Under the pieces are notes generated by a model that was not told the origin of the DNA, did no database searches, and saw only the letters and a list, made by a program, of their open reading frames with translations. A program made the translations under genes and the position numbers. A stretch of DNA of 64,000 nucleotides from Octopus vulgaris. Lineage: Eukaryota. The stretch is from contig OX597828.1 of assembly GCA_951406725.2 (NCBI GenBank), positions 6,758,001-6,822,000 on the forward strand, given 5' to 3'. Numbering within the stretch: position 1 is the first letter of the stretch; each line of letters opens with the position of its first letter. Shown here in pieces: positions 39,863-54,658 of this stretch.

Positions 39863-40896
39863 TAAACGATACAGCAATGGCGTCTAACGATAATATATAA
39901 TTAGAAATAGTTAGGAAGCAGTTTAAGAAAACCATCATTGAAGTTGCTCACATCTCAAACACACGAACAAGCTTTCTACCGTACTCTTGTTCATCGTGAT
40001 TGTGCCAAAGATTATCTCTGCAGCGACAAACTTCCACGAAGAACTAACTTAGATTTTGAACTACCATCTAAATTTAAGTCAACAGTGTAAACTAAAATAC
40101 TAAAAAATATTACCATAAGGAGCATCGATAAAAAAAGAAAGAAAAACAGGGCCTCTTCCTATCCATCGGCTTACTATAAATGGTAGCGAAATCTAACCCT
40201 CTAATCACTCCCATCTGCCTTAGAATCGGATAGGATATTGGATAATATAGTTCTATGAGTGTTCTGGGTGCCTAAACTTGAAAAAAGAAAGGAGCAGTTA
40301 GAGATAGAATGCAATCCAGTTTGATAAATGCATACTTCTTCTAGTTGTTATCCTTCGTCAAAATCGGCAATTTAAAGCGCTGCAGTCACGTAATATTCTT
40401 TATCGGTAGGAAGCTCATTCTTTCCACGTTTTCTACTCTCATTATTGCCCAGAATCTCCAAGTATTCCTCCAACTCCGAATCAATTTATTTTTCAATGAA
40501 AGCGATAGCAAATTTAGAAATATCGGTGCGGAAGAGAGAACCATTTCACTGTTCTCTTTTTTTTTTGTTTTTGTTATTTTGTATATATATTTTTTTATTC
40601 CTTTGTTTCAGTTCCTTCTTATATTTCTCTCGGTGTCCATCGGTTAGCAGGAATATATTACTGAAGGAAAACGAAAAGTTGCTGAAGCAAATTCTGCTTC
40701 TCTCTTTTCAGAGGTTACAAAGAGGAAAACGGAAATTTGACCACAGGCATTTTCTTGCCATAAGCTGACATTTTCAGTGTTGTTGAGGTCTCTTCCTTTT
40801 ATTTGGCACCGAGAACCAAGAGGAAAGCAAGGAACGAAAAAGTGCTGTGCATGATTACCAGTAAACAGAAATTGTAAAAACTTCGTAATAGATAAA

Positions 40897-41240
<344 letters not shown>

Positions 41241-41696
41241 TAATGGAAATCTGTGAATTTTTTTCTCAGTATTCCTTAATTTAGAATTCAAATTTCCAAT
41301 CACGCCTCTTGTTGTGAGGGTATGATTATCTCCCTTGCATTAACAGCCATAGCCCGAGGACACCACATATATATATTTTTTTTTTCAACTTAAGCTTCAG
41401 ATCCTTTACTTCTCCACTATATACATGATATTGTAATTGTCCTCAGTCACAAACACTTCTGTTAAAAGCGATGAGACCATTGGAAGCTTTCACTGTTTCG
41501 CTCTAAATTACTTTCTCAATCATTATCGCTTCTACAGTAAAATTTCTATTCATATAATCAAATAATATATCACTCCTGCCTGGATGAATAAGACCGTTTT
41601 GGGTGCGAGAACAGAAGCGACACCATTCGTCGTACTCAAAGAAGTGACCACAACTACATTTCTTGGAAAGAATATTTACGAATCCCTCAATATATA

Positions 41697-42108
41697 GGCG
41701 TAGGAATGGCTGTGTAGTAAGTAGCTTGCTAACCAACCACATGGTTCGGGTTCAGTCCCACTAGGTGGCACCTTGGACAAGTGTCTTCTACTATAGCTTT
41801 GGGCCGAACAAAGCCTTGTGAGTGGATTTGGTAGACGGAAACGGTAAGAAGCCCATCGTATATATGCATATATATTGATGTATGTGAGTGTATATGTTTG
41901 TCTGTCTGTGTTTGTCACCCCAACATCGCTTGACAACCGATGCTGGTGTGTTTATGTCCCCGTCACTTAGCGGTTCGGCAAAAGTGACCGATAGAATAAT
42001 TACTAGGCTTACAATTAATCAGTCCTGGGGCCGATTTACTCGACTAAAGGCAGTACTCCAGCATGGCCACAGTCAAATAACTGAAACAAGTAAAAAGAGT
42101 AAAAGAGA
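41697..42108 (+). mobile_element. SINE family B
   Basis: Full-length match to the other family B copies. Confidence 0.9.
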
Positions 42109-42350
42109 GTATATTTCTGAACTCCAGGGAAATAAGTCGTTTAGGAAGCGATATCGTTTTGTCGTTGTTTAGATATAGTTCACAGTCACGAACTAGCAGA
42201 CCATCCTGGATTTTACGCGATTATGCTATGCAATGAGTCTTTCTCTGTTTTAAAATAATGGAGTGTGTGATATGAAAGAGATCTGGCTGCCATTACAAAG
42301 AGATCGAGAGCTCGTAATGTTGTATTGGTAGTGTGAAGGATCATCTCTAC

Positions 42351-42766
42351 TTATTTCTTTACTGCCCACAAGGGGCTACACACAGAGGGGACAAACAAGG
42401 ACAGACAAATGGATTAAGTCGATTATATCGACCCTAGTGTGTAACTGGTACTTATTTAATCGACTCCGAAAGGCTAAAAGGCAAAGTCGACCTCGGTGGA
42501 ATTTGAACTCAGAACGTAACGGCAGACGAAATACCTATTTCCTTACTACCCACAAGAGGCTAAACATAGAGAAGACAAACAAGGACACACAAACGGATTG
42601 ATTCGATTTTATCGACCCCAGTGCGTAACTGGTACTTATTTGATCGACCCCGAAAGGATTAAAGGCAAAGTCGACCTCGGAGGAATTTGAAATCAGAACG
42701 TAGCGGCAGGCGAAATACCGCTAAACATTTCTCCCTTCGAAATAATGTTTCTGCCAGCTCGCCGCC
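42351..42766 (-). mobile_element. SINE family A, nested dimer
   Basis: Two units joined at 42535/42536. Confidence 0.9.
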
Positions 42767-42888
42767 AACTCTACTGTTTCGTGACCTTCCCAATGTAGAC
42801 ATCGTAATATATTTTGTAACATATTCTAACACATTGCAACAGAGTTACAAAGATACCCTAACATATTGTAATATATTTTGACAGACAA

Positions 42889-43082
42889 AGGCGGTGAGCT
42901 GGTAGAATCGTTAGCGCATCTCACTTTGCGGCATCTCGACCGTCTTTAAGCTCTGAGTTTAAATTCCGCTAAGAACGACTTTGCCTTTTATGTTTTTGGA
43001 ATCGATAAAATATGTATCGTTGATGTCATTGACTTACCCTTTCCTCCGAAATTCCTGGCCATGTGCCACATTCTGAAACCAA
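42889..43082 (+). mobile_element. SINE family A, old copy
   Basis: ggcggtgagctggtagaatcgttag..gagtttaaattccg..gactttgcc. Confidence 0.75.
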
Positions 43083-43916
43083 TATATTTTGTAAACCATA
43101 TTAAAGCATATTGTAACACCTATTCAAACATTTTGTGACAAATATTCGAACCTATAGTGAAACATACTGTAACATATTTCGTAAAGTATTCTGAAAGTAT
43201 TTGTGACATTTATTGTAATTCATATTACATACTCTCATATATCGTAACGCATATATTAATGCAGTGACGTGTGCGTATACGAATATATACATGTGCGTAT
43301 TTATACATAGAAATATATATAGAGAGGAGGAAATAGCAAAAAAAAAAACGGACGGGTACAGACAGATATATAGATAGTGATGCTTTTCAAAAGAAGATTT
43401 GTTTTTTCTAGCTCCGAACTGCGAAAACTAATAAGGAGTGTACAGGAGGCGGAAAATAACATCACTAGGTGAGACAAGCTGACACTGTATCAGCTTCGCT
43501 GATTGACAGGTGACGGTCGTTTAGAGGATGCGCGGGCTAAAACTACGCGCCTTCACTAGTCAGTTAAGATGAAACAGTGTCACGTGACAACTTGCTGGGC
43601 CTGCCTGCTGGAGTCTATGGGCAGGTATTTAAAGGGAAAAATGTGACAGTCAGTCACTGGCTGACACTCGCTGACGATACATCGAAGAGGCCAGGGAACA
43701 GAAGAAAGAAGAAGAAAGAAGACATGCACCCAACAACAGAGCTGAAGGCACCTCCGAAAGGGGGGGGGGCACGTCAAAACGTTAGAGGAGTAAGGGCCGA
43801 AACCGGGCGTGGTTCCTCCTGATGATGTCTTGAGCTAACTGGATCCTATAAAGAAGCTGTTGTGGTAGCAGACTACGAAACACGGTTGTAATTCCTCAGA
43901 CTGACAAACAGAAAAT

Positions 43917-44378
<462 letters not shown>

Positions 44379-45336
44379 GGAAACAAATGCATATAAGTAA
44401 GTATATTGTGTTCATTGTCGAGAGATAAACTTATCAGCCAGAAAATTGCCGATAGTAAATTGAACATAACTTGTGGTGTTAATTCCGTCCGATTTACTCA
44501 GAACCTTCCTCGTGACTTTCATCATGGTAGATGTAATGATTCAATGATTGGTCCCTTAGAACGCTATAACTTTGTTAACGCTACAATCATGCTTAATAAG
44601 ATTCATGGCATAAAGCAATTACTATCTGATCTTGGTTCCAAGATAGCGTGTTAAATGATCTTCATAAGAGATGTGGTTGATTTTAATGGTCTCAACTCCA
44701 TACGTAATATATATTGCATCGATCCCGTAGAATAAAAGGCAAACGTCGCCTCAGGGGGATTTGATTTAAGAACATAAACTGATATAAGTAAATAGAAGTC
44801 TGGCCCTGTACTTTGTCCGCCATTCTATCGCCCCTGTCGTTCAGTAGATAATACTAATTTAATTCAGATGGCTGATCATAAAAGCTTCGCAATCTTTTGT
44901 TTGTTGATGATCCAGGGAAATGAAGGAGGATAAAATATTCAACATGCTCTATGTAGGGAGAAAAAATGTCTGCGGATCATTTTCCCTCTTTGGCACCTCT
45001 ACTTCAAAGGAAACAAAGTCACAAATACACAACTCTTACCAATTTCCCTAAAAAAAAAAGATTAATAAAAAAAAATAATAATAATTCCTACAAGCGTTTA
45101 GGAGTCTCATAGACCAGCCAAGTCTTCTGATACCGTCAAAAAATAACAGCCATAACAAAGGGAAACGAAAACAACAACAACAACAACAATAAAAATGATG
45201 ATGATGATGATGACGACGATGATGATGATGATGATGATGATGATGATAATGATGATAATGATAATAGTAATGATAATAATAATAATAATAATAATAATAG
45301 TAATAATAATAGTAATAATAATAATAATAATAATAA

Positions 45337-45374
<38 letters not shown>

Positions 45375-45558
45375 TCTCTAATTCAAGTTAATTTAATAAG
45401 GCTTAATCAGGAAGGAGAAACGAGAGGCATAAATCGATGGAGAGAATGTAAATAAAATTAATATTAAAAAAAAAAACCAGACAGAATGAAGATCTGAAAC
45501 ATTTTTAATGCTCTTTCGCTCTCTTTCATTCTATCGTAATACATACATACATATGTAC

Positions 45559-45654
<96 letters not shown>

Positions 45655-46150
45655 TATTCTCTGTGACTATCTTCCTTTCCCTCACTCTTCTTTTCTATTT
45701 GCTCTCCTCTCAACTCACCTTACCGCTCCTTACCACTAACATCTGTTGCGCCGCCTTTTCCCGTATAATATCTCCCAGTTCTACGATAACACCATTCTAT
45801 ATTGCTCGATCGAATATGTTTTTATGCCAGAGGGATCTGACCATTGTTTGTATAATCAACAATGTTTTATTACACCACGCATCATAATCCACTAAGCACA
45901 ACATTTTTATTTTCTCTCTCTCTCTCTTTCTTTTTCTGTCTCTCCCTCTCTATCTCTCTCATCTTCTCCCTTCTTCACCCTCACTCTCACTCTCTCTTAT
46001 TCTTTTGCTGACATTATGCACACACATCTGTATATATTTGCATATGTATATACGTGTACATGTGTACGTGTGCTTATGCATATGTGCGTCTGTAGATGCA
46101 TACATCCATACACCACATACGCATAGATATGTGAATAAATTTTAGTGTAC

Positions 46151-46222
<72 letters not shown>

Positions 46223-46683
46223 GCATACATGCAGGCATGAATGCATTCATGTATTTATAATGCACATACATACAAGACATCAGTGCAGATGTATAACGTA
46301 TTTGGCGTATCACCCTCTCTCTTTCAGTCTACTATCCTTTTTCTTCTCTCTCCCACATCCACTCTCTCTCCCTCTCTCCTCCTCTCTCCTCCACTATCTC
46401 CCCCTCCCCTTCTTCCTCTCTCTCTCTCTCATTTTATATGCATGTAAATTAATTTTCTCTTTGCACAATAATATCTAAAATTATCTTCTTTGATATGATA
46501 CTCTCCTCCTATATCTGTCCCACGGCAGGGAATTGGCAGAGTCGGTAGTGCGTCTCATCAGAACAAATGTCTTCCGGCATTTGCCTTAGCTGTCTGCAAT
46601 CGAGTTCAAATAACGACAAGGTCAAAGATTCTTTCTGCCCTTTCGAGGTCAATAAATGAAGTCAGCACGCCGTTGATCTCTCA

Positions 46684-46714
<31 letters not shown>

Positions 46715-47259
46715 TTTGTCTCTTCCTCTCTCTTTCACTCTCTCCCTTACTCTCTTTGTATGTCTATCCCCTGAGCTTCTTGTAGGTGAGAAGACAGCAT
46801 CATAAAGTAAAAATACCCTAAGGAATAAAATAGAAAAGCAGTCTTGTATTTTTCGAACAAAAATCCAAGATATACACAACGTGATTATCAAGGCAGACAC
46901 CAAGTGTCATTTGTCTACCTGTATAAAAGACTAAATTTTATTTTCTCCCTATAGGTTTGGAAGTAATTATGTATGTGTATGTGTGTGTTTTTGTATGTGT
47001 GTTTGTGTGTATGTGTTTGTGTGCGTGCGTGCGTGCGTGTATACATGTATTATTTTCTTTAAGATTTAAGTTCATAATACAGTTCAAGGTCATTGCTGAC
47101 AAACAAGATTTGTAATTGAAAACAGTGCCCGGATTTCTAAATATAAGGTTGAGTTAATGTGTGTGAGAGAGAATATATAAATATATATATAATAATAATA
47201 ATATTAGGGAATAAATCCAAACTTACAGGGAAAAATTAATAGTGGTTTTATCTCTAATT

Positions 47260-47318
<59 letters not shown>

Positions 47319-47330
47319 CGTATATATATG

Positions 47331-47376
<46 letters not shown>

Positions 47377-48235
47377 ATATTTATATATATATATAGATTA
47401 ATATAAATAATATACATTAATATACATATATATATTAATATATACACATATATATACATACAAACATACATACATAAAATATATCTCTCTCTCTACCTCT
47501 CATACATACATACAAACACGCACACACACGCACATGCTTACATACATGCAGATAATGAGACATGTTACACTATTTGAACTCCCATGACTATAATCAACCA
47601 GTAAAAACGAAGAAGTCTCTAACCTGGAAATTGCAGTTAATATGAAGATGTTACAACTGACCTTCAGAGAAACTTCTTTGTGCTAAATTATTGACTGCCC
47701 CAATACAAATATTGGGATTCATGAGTAGAATAGTTTCTAAATAGCATAACTTAAAACCACACTTACCTAACACACTTTTCTCTGGCATCCATCTTTCTTA
47801 GGAGTCAATGGAGTTTTGCACATGTAGCCGAATAGTGTTTCAGACGTAGCCTCAGTTGTGACTCTATAGCTCAATACTTGCGCAGCTACAGCCTTTCATA
47901 ATGTTATTGGAGTGACTGCTGCAAGTCACAAGCCTGGGATGGGTGAATGGAGATTCCTCGTTGCTCAAATATTGTAGAATCCCAATCTCGTCTTCGTTGT
48001 TGTGTTCTAAATGCGGAACATTGCCGTCGGATACCAGTCTAGCGGTGGATATTGCAGGAAGGGTTTTAAGTCGAACATCTGACCGTATTAAGGGCATCAC
48101 TTCGAATTTATTATAGGATTTACTCCCTAGAATTTTCTTTCCGTTTTCGGGATGGAGAGCTTGGCATCTAGCATTTCAGATCATAATGCAGGGAGTTTAA
48201 ATGTAGAATAGATAAAGAAGGTAAGCAGAAGTAGA

Positions 48236-48464
48236 CGGCGAGCTGGCAGAAACGTTAGCACGCCGGGCGAAATGCGTAGCCGTATTTCGTCTGCCGTTAC
48301 ATTCTAAGTTCAAATTTCGCCGAGGTTGACTTTGCCTTTCATCCTTTCGGGGTCGATAAATTAAGTACCAGTTACGCACTGGGGTCGATCTAATCGACTT
48401 AATCCATTTGTCTGTCCTTGTCTGTCCCCTCTATGTTTAGCTTCTTGTGGGTAATAAAGAAATA
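48236..48464 (+). mobile_element. SINE family A, complete young monomer
   Basis: Head to aaagaaata tail. Confidence 0.9.
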
Positions 48465-48784
48465 AGAAGTAGGTGGAAGGAGGAAGTAGGTGGTTCAGGG
48501 GTAGGGGAGTGGTGAAGCAGGGGAAGCATCGTTGTTGAGTGCGGAGGCTGTATAAAGGGAAGTAAGTATAATGATAGAAGGGAGATGGGGCATTGAAATG
48601 GAGAGTAGTTGTCTAGTTATAGATGCCGGCAAGAAATCAAAGGCAGGGAGAGAATGCAGATGTAAGTAGGAAAGGTAGGTAGGTAGGTAGGTAGGTAGGT
48701 AGGTGGATAGGCAGGCAGGTAGGCAGGCAGGCAGACAGGCAGGTAGGCCGACAGACATTCTTTTACGATAAATGTCGCCCTTTT

Positions 48785-49075
48785 CAATCCTAGCCAGGGT
48801 CATGGGCCCGGTTTCCCGGTTTCTGTGGCGTATGTGTTCCCCCCCAGCTGGATGGGATGCCAGTCCATCGCAACGTTACTCAAGAAATAGGAAGAGTGAG
48901 TGAGAGAAAGTTAAGGCGAAAGAGTACAACAGCGGCCGCCACTACCCGCTGCCGGAGCCCCGTGGAGCCTTTAGGTGTTTTGGCTCAATAAACACACACA
49001 ACGTCCGATCTGGGAATCGAAACCGCGCTCCTCCGACCGCAAGTCCGCTTCCCTAACCACTGCGCCATTGCGCCT
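48785..49075 (-). mobile_element. SINE family C
   Basis: Reverse complement gaggcgcaatggcgcagtggttagggaagcggacttgcggtcgg..ggtttcgattccc. Confidence 0.85.
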
Positions 49076-50322
49076 CACATATTCGTATACATAACAATAT
49101 GTTGTTTTGTAAATATTTAAAAAATCTGTTAGGGGATAATATCTTTGCTATAATAAAAACAATCGTTGTTGTTAACCTGGAGTCAGCCCTGGGTGAACAT
49201 ATAGACTTACGGCGAAAAGCGATCCACTCGTGCCCATTCCAACATATTTTTCAACCATTGTGCATCTAGGATCCTGTTATTCAGTGACCAGTGACTCATT
49301 TTACATTCAAAGCAACATGTGCTTAAGTAAATAATGTATGGGATGCTAGTTTTATGGATTATAAGTATTTGAGCTTTGCGGGGGATTTCATGACTGAGGA
49401 CAGTATTACAAAGATTACGCTGGATTTCAACTCTAGGATTCTCTATTTTTATTTGTAAAAATTTCACAATTTCCTGAAACGTAAGTATTTGAATTTTTTT
49501 CGATATTCTAGTGTATAAAAGTCGTTGTTTTACTTGTTTTTCTTTCAAATTATAATCAGTCCCAGTTGAGTATTTCTATGCTCAAAATATTCCAGCAATG
49601 ATCATGAAAACTTTTTTCAAGTATGGTATATTTAACACTGGATTATCTAATATGACATTCCTTTTCTTTTTAAGGCTTTAGTCTTGATTTGAGGGGAGAA
49701 TTGACTGCTAATTAAAGCAGGTCATCAGATCGGGGAAAAGTTCCCTCATTTAATCATTTAGGAAATGATACGCCTTTCACCAAATTTCTCGCAATTTAGT
49801 AACACATCCTTCTCCGTCATCACAAAATGCATTCATGCATATGAAATATCAGAAACACAGATCACATTAAGATTTCATTGCTTATTGAAACTCTGTAGCC
49901 ATAGCGGGATTCTATTTATTGCTATTGATATCATTTATGTTTAAGGTTCAACTCAATAAAATTTCACGCTATTCAATGTGATAAAGAAATTGCCAATGAA
50001 ATCTCATACACGTTCCTAAAATTAAATAGTTTCTATTGAGCATTACTGTTAGCTTCAAACATAAAATGAAGAGCTGCTGTCTTTACTTAAAATACGAATA
50101 CCGCGAATGACACAAGTCCAACACGCACAAGATGGCACCGAATTGCATTATATTCACACAAAGTGAAATCTGTCGAATCACACCTGAATACCAAACCCAG
50201 CTCCTATCACGATCCATATGACTTAATCTGTTTGGGTATCGGTATTAACTACTCTTTATTTACACACGTTCACATACATGTACTTACAAACGCATATCTA
50301 TCTAGCTAGTTAGCTAGATATA

Positions 50323-50436
<114 letters not shown>

Positions 50437-51400
50437 TACACACACACACACACATAGGCGCAAGCACATAATCACATAAACACACATGATACTTGAACTG
50501 TGTTTTAATAAATTTTCACAAAATCATACGAGAAATTTTATGGATTGGAACGTCAACATTTTCACAAATACTTCATGTAAACATATTCTGTATAATTCTA
50601 GATTCACTCACATAATACATACATATACACATACATACATTTGTAAGAGTGCAAACAAAACAAAAGACAGCTCTACGCATGACGAGCAGTTTAAATATTT
50701 GCATTAAAAGCTTGACCAAGAATTTTGTTACATATGGTTGCATAGATGCAATAGATGCCTCTGATCGGTCAGTCGCTTAATACTTGGTGATTGTCGTTGG
50801 ATAAGAAGTAAGATTCGTGCATGAGGTGGAATCGATATCTAGACGAATAGAAACAGCTGTTGAATGGGAGGGAACTTACCAGAGTTCGCATAGTCCTTAT
50901 CATTTGCTAGAAATTTAAAAGTAAGTATAAATGTCAGCAAACTTCCTTAAAGCCCTAGACTTTAGGAGACAACTGACACACATTTGTAACCTCAATATTG
51001 GCAGAGTCATACACACCAGAACTTTACTTTTATACCATTATTACTCCTACCAGGTCAAATCAGAAGGTAAAACTCTGTTCGATACTGAAGAGCTACGATG
51101 GAACAGAGACTGGGAACTTCGCTGCATTAATGAAAGAGAAGTACAACACACCGAACCATGAATGGGAAATCTTATTTATCGCCCATTCGTTAGTTGTTAC
51201 CAGTTACCGAGACACCAGTTTCACCACGGGATCTGAAATAACCAGCGAGAAGAAGCTTTAATTATTATCCAGTTCCAAAGCTCACTACTGAATATTAATT
51301 ATCAGCTGCTTTGATAGGATTTGTGTGTATATGAGCCTTTAAGTAATGTGATTCTGAATGAAGGTACATATGCATAAGCATATACAGACGTACATATATG

Positions 51401-51442
<42 letters not shown>

Positions 51443-51653
51443 CGTGTGTATGTGTATGTGCGTGAATGTATGTAATGTATTCAGATACCTGTATATATGT
51501 AGATATATGTGTATAGAAGTTAGTAGCTATCTCTGTATGTACAATGTATATCTCTGAGCGTCTTGTTAATACTTTGCATGTAACACGTACTCGCGTTGTT
51601 GTTTTTTTCGAGTCTTTTTCTCCGCTTTTTTAAAATTTATTATATATATGAAC

Positions 51654-51845
51654 ATGATAGATTGCTAGCCACTACACATTCTTTATTTTCTCTCCTTGTT
51701 TCTTTCTGTGTTCCTTTCTGTGGAAGAGCGTAGGCTCGAAACGTTAAAGACTTTTTCACTTCCCGAGCGTTAAACTAATACATCTGTTTGTTGTCTACAC
51801 CCCCCTATCTTCGTGTTTTATTTTGTGTGTGTGTGTGTGAATTCT

Positions 51846-51850
<5 letters not shown>
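51654..51850 (+). mobile_element. TA-flanked short element with hammerhead-like motif (51714-51749), copy 2
   Basis: cttt CTGTGGA a gagc-gtag-gctc GAAA CG TT aaag; same ends as 29361-29542 (atgatagat.. to aattctcccta|TATA). Confidence 0.7.
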
Positions 51851-51881
<31 letters not shown>

Positions 51882-52103
51882 TCATACACACACACATACA
51901 CACACACACATATTAATGTTCTTATATTCAGTTATAATAAAAATAATTTTACATTAACCTGATGGACAACTCTATACTTTTGTAGTGAACAAATTTTATC
52001 ATTCTTATCCGAGAACGTCGTTGACAATGACTTCGAAGTTTCGGCTAGCCAAGCCATCGGTCAGCTAAGTCATACACATATCTATGCGTATATATATATG
52101 TAT

Positions 52104-52149
<46 letters not shown>

Positions 52150-52712
52150 CCACATATATAAGAACGCTGTGTTATGTGAACGTACTGTTTGTTGGTCTGT
52201 GTATTTGCGTATGTGTGTACTTGTATATGTTTATGCAAGTTATAGAATTTACTAAGTGTGCGCTTTATTTACTGTCTGCCCACATTGTATTTTGTGATAT
52301 GTGTGTGCGAATGAGCATGCGCGTGTCTGCGTGCTATAATGTAGCGTTGTAATTTCTTTCTTTCCCCCACCCCGCCCTTCTTTTGATTCATAATTTCATG
52401 ATTCCTTATTTCAGCGACAATTAATGACCTCCATTGATATTATATTATTGCAGATGTTGCTGTTGATGCTGGCTTTGGTGGTGATGGTGCCGGCGGCGGT
52501 GGCGGCGGTGGTGGTGGTGGTGGTGGTGGTGGTGGTGTGGATTTGATGGTGGATTTGGTGGTTCTGGTGGTGGTGGTGGTGGTATAGCAGTCATGCTATT
52601 GTTATAATTGCACGTGCTGCTGTTGTTGGCTATCATTATTATTGTTGTTGTTTTTGTTGCTGCTTCTGCCGCTGTTGTTATTGTTGGCTGTCATTATTGC
52701 AATTGTTGTTAG

Positions 52713-52782
<70 letters not shown>

Positions 52783-53109
52783 ATCGTCCATGTGGCTATA
52801 GTTGTTTTACTTATCTCAAAGATAAAGCACATGAAAAGCTTCACAAAAACAAACGAGTGAAACCATCGACATGAAACAAATTGAAGTTGCCGTTGATATA
52901 ATACTGATAACCCCAGAGTTTACTGTTCAGTTTTGCTTTATCATCTCATTTTCTTTGGGGACCATTGTACACACACACACACACACACGCACACACACAC
53001 ATATGGGAGGAATGTTTGCATATGCATATGTATGTTATAAATACGTGTGTATTGTTTGTGAATGTATTTATGTATGTACTTATGTATATACACACATACA
53101 CTCACACAC

Positions 53110-53142
<33 letters not shown>

Positions 53143-53194
53143 AGGAGGAAAAGAGAGAATATATACACGCACATATACATACAAACATACATAC

Positions 53195-53226
<32 letters not shown>

Positions 53227-53254
53227 GTGTGTTTATGTATTTGTATGTATGTAT

Positions 53255-53285
<31 letters not shown>

Positions 53286-53339
53286 TCTACAAATACGTAT
53301 ATCATGTATATAATAATAGAAGTCAGTACAGCCTACTCT

Positions 53340-53830
53340 TTGGTGGTTTGAAAGTCAGACACTACAACATAACGCCACGAGGAGAAAGTTCCGGGAAGAT
53401 GTGTGGAAAACAAACGAAATGGAAGCACTGGAAGATTGTTGGAGTTTTCTGACAAAGACGGCAAGACTTAGCATGTACAGCTCCAAGAGCTGGAAAAATA
53501 CCAATGCCAGGCGAAAGAGCTCGTAGTGTACAGAATGCAGGATTTGCCGCATAATAGCAGTGGGATGAGACAGTCGAGCGCCCTCCAGTTCCGAAAAGAA
53601 CCCTGGAATATTGCTAGTCTTTTCTTTTGGCTAACTCCAATTAATTTTAAAATATATAGCGTGTGGGTAGACTATTCCTGCAAGCTGTATGGAGCGGCTC
53701 TTCACTTCATGAATTAATCTTTGGTTGGATACCTTAGGACACTGGAAATGAACGACACAATTGGACGTACTACAAGGTCCTTAAAGAAATCGCTAAACAA
53801 CCATTCCCACCGAAAGGGATTATATTTCTG
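53340..53830 (+). mobile_element. Possible decayed L1/Tx1-like LINE C-terminal region
   Basis: Fragments such as C..DETVE and SLHELIFGW resemble the zf-RVT region; many disruptions. Confidence 0.3.
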
Positions 53831-54249
53831 TGGAAATGTAATAAGTCGAATGTAAAGGCAGCGGATCCGTTTTGCTATTTTGCATCTAGCCACAGACTAG
53901 TGAACTTAAAGCATGGACTCGTTTTCCCAGAGGTCGTGGCAGTAAAATCACTCTGGCAGGACTTATTCCTGATGGCCAGAGAAACCATTCTAGTTGAACT
54001 CACATTGCTCTAAGAGGATAGGCCTGACATTTAGCACCAGCTGAAGAAAACCGAATGTCCTGGTTTGGTCGATGAAGTGCTTGTTAAGGGATGACACGCG
54101 GCCTTATTCTCTGTTGAAACCAGTTGCCACACATTTTCAGCTACATCAGAGAACTATTTTTTGCAAATAGAACTCAAGCAACAGAAGAAAGCCATCAAGA
54201 AGATAGGTACTGCAATCGAAACAAGCTCAAGGTGGCTGTGGTTATTATA

Positions 54250-54420
54250 GCTCGCAGAATAGTTAGCATGACGGGTAAAATGCTTAGCGTTATTTCGTCC
54301 GCATTTACATTCTGAGTTCAAATTCTGCTGAGGCCTACTTTCACTTGTATCCTTTTGGAGTTGATAAGTACTGGTTGAGTACTGGGGTCGATTTAATCGA
54401 CTGGCTCCTTCCCCCAAAAT
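54250..54420 (+). mobile_element. SINE family A, old copy
   Basis: aaatgcttagcg..gagttcaaattctg..ctggggtcgatttaatcgac. Confidence 0.75.
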
Positions 54421-54455
54421 CATCAGATCTTTTACCTATGGCAGAAAGGATTCTT

Positions 54456-54550
<95 letters not shown>

Positions 54551-54579
54551 CATTATTATCATTATTATCATTATCATTA

Positions 54580-54655
<76 letters not shown>

Positions 54656-54658
<3 letters not shown>

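Noticed and set aside
47864-48100. 78-aa ORF in non-repetitive DNA, and similar ORFs at 44406-44654 and 50998-51261
   Set aside because: No recognisable motifs or consistent splice frame, so they cannot be called CDS
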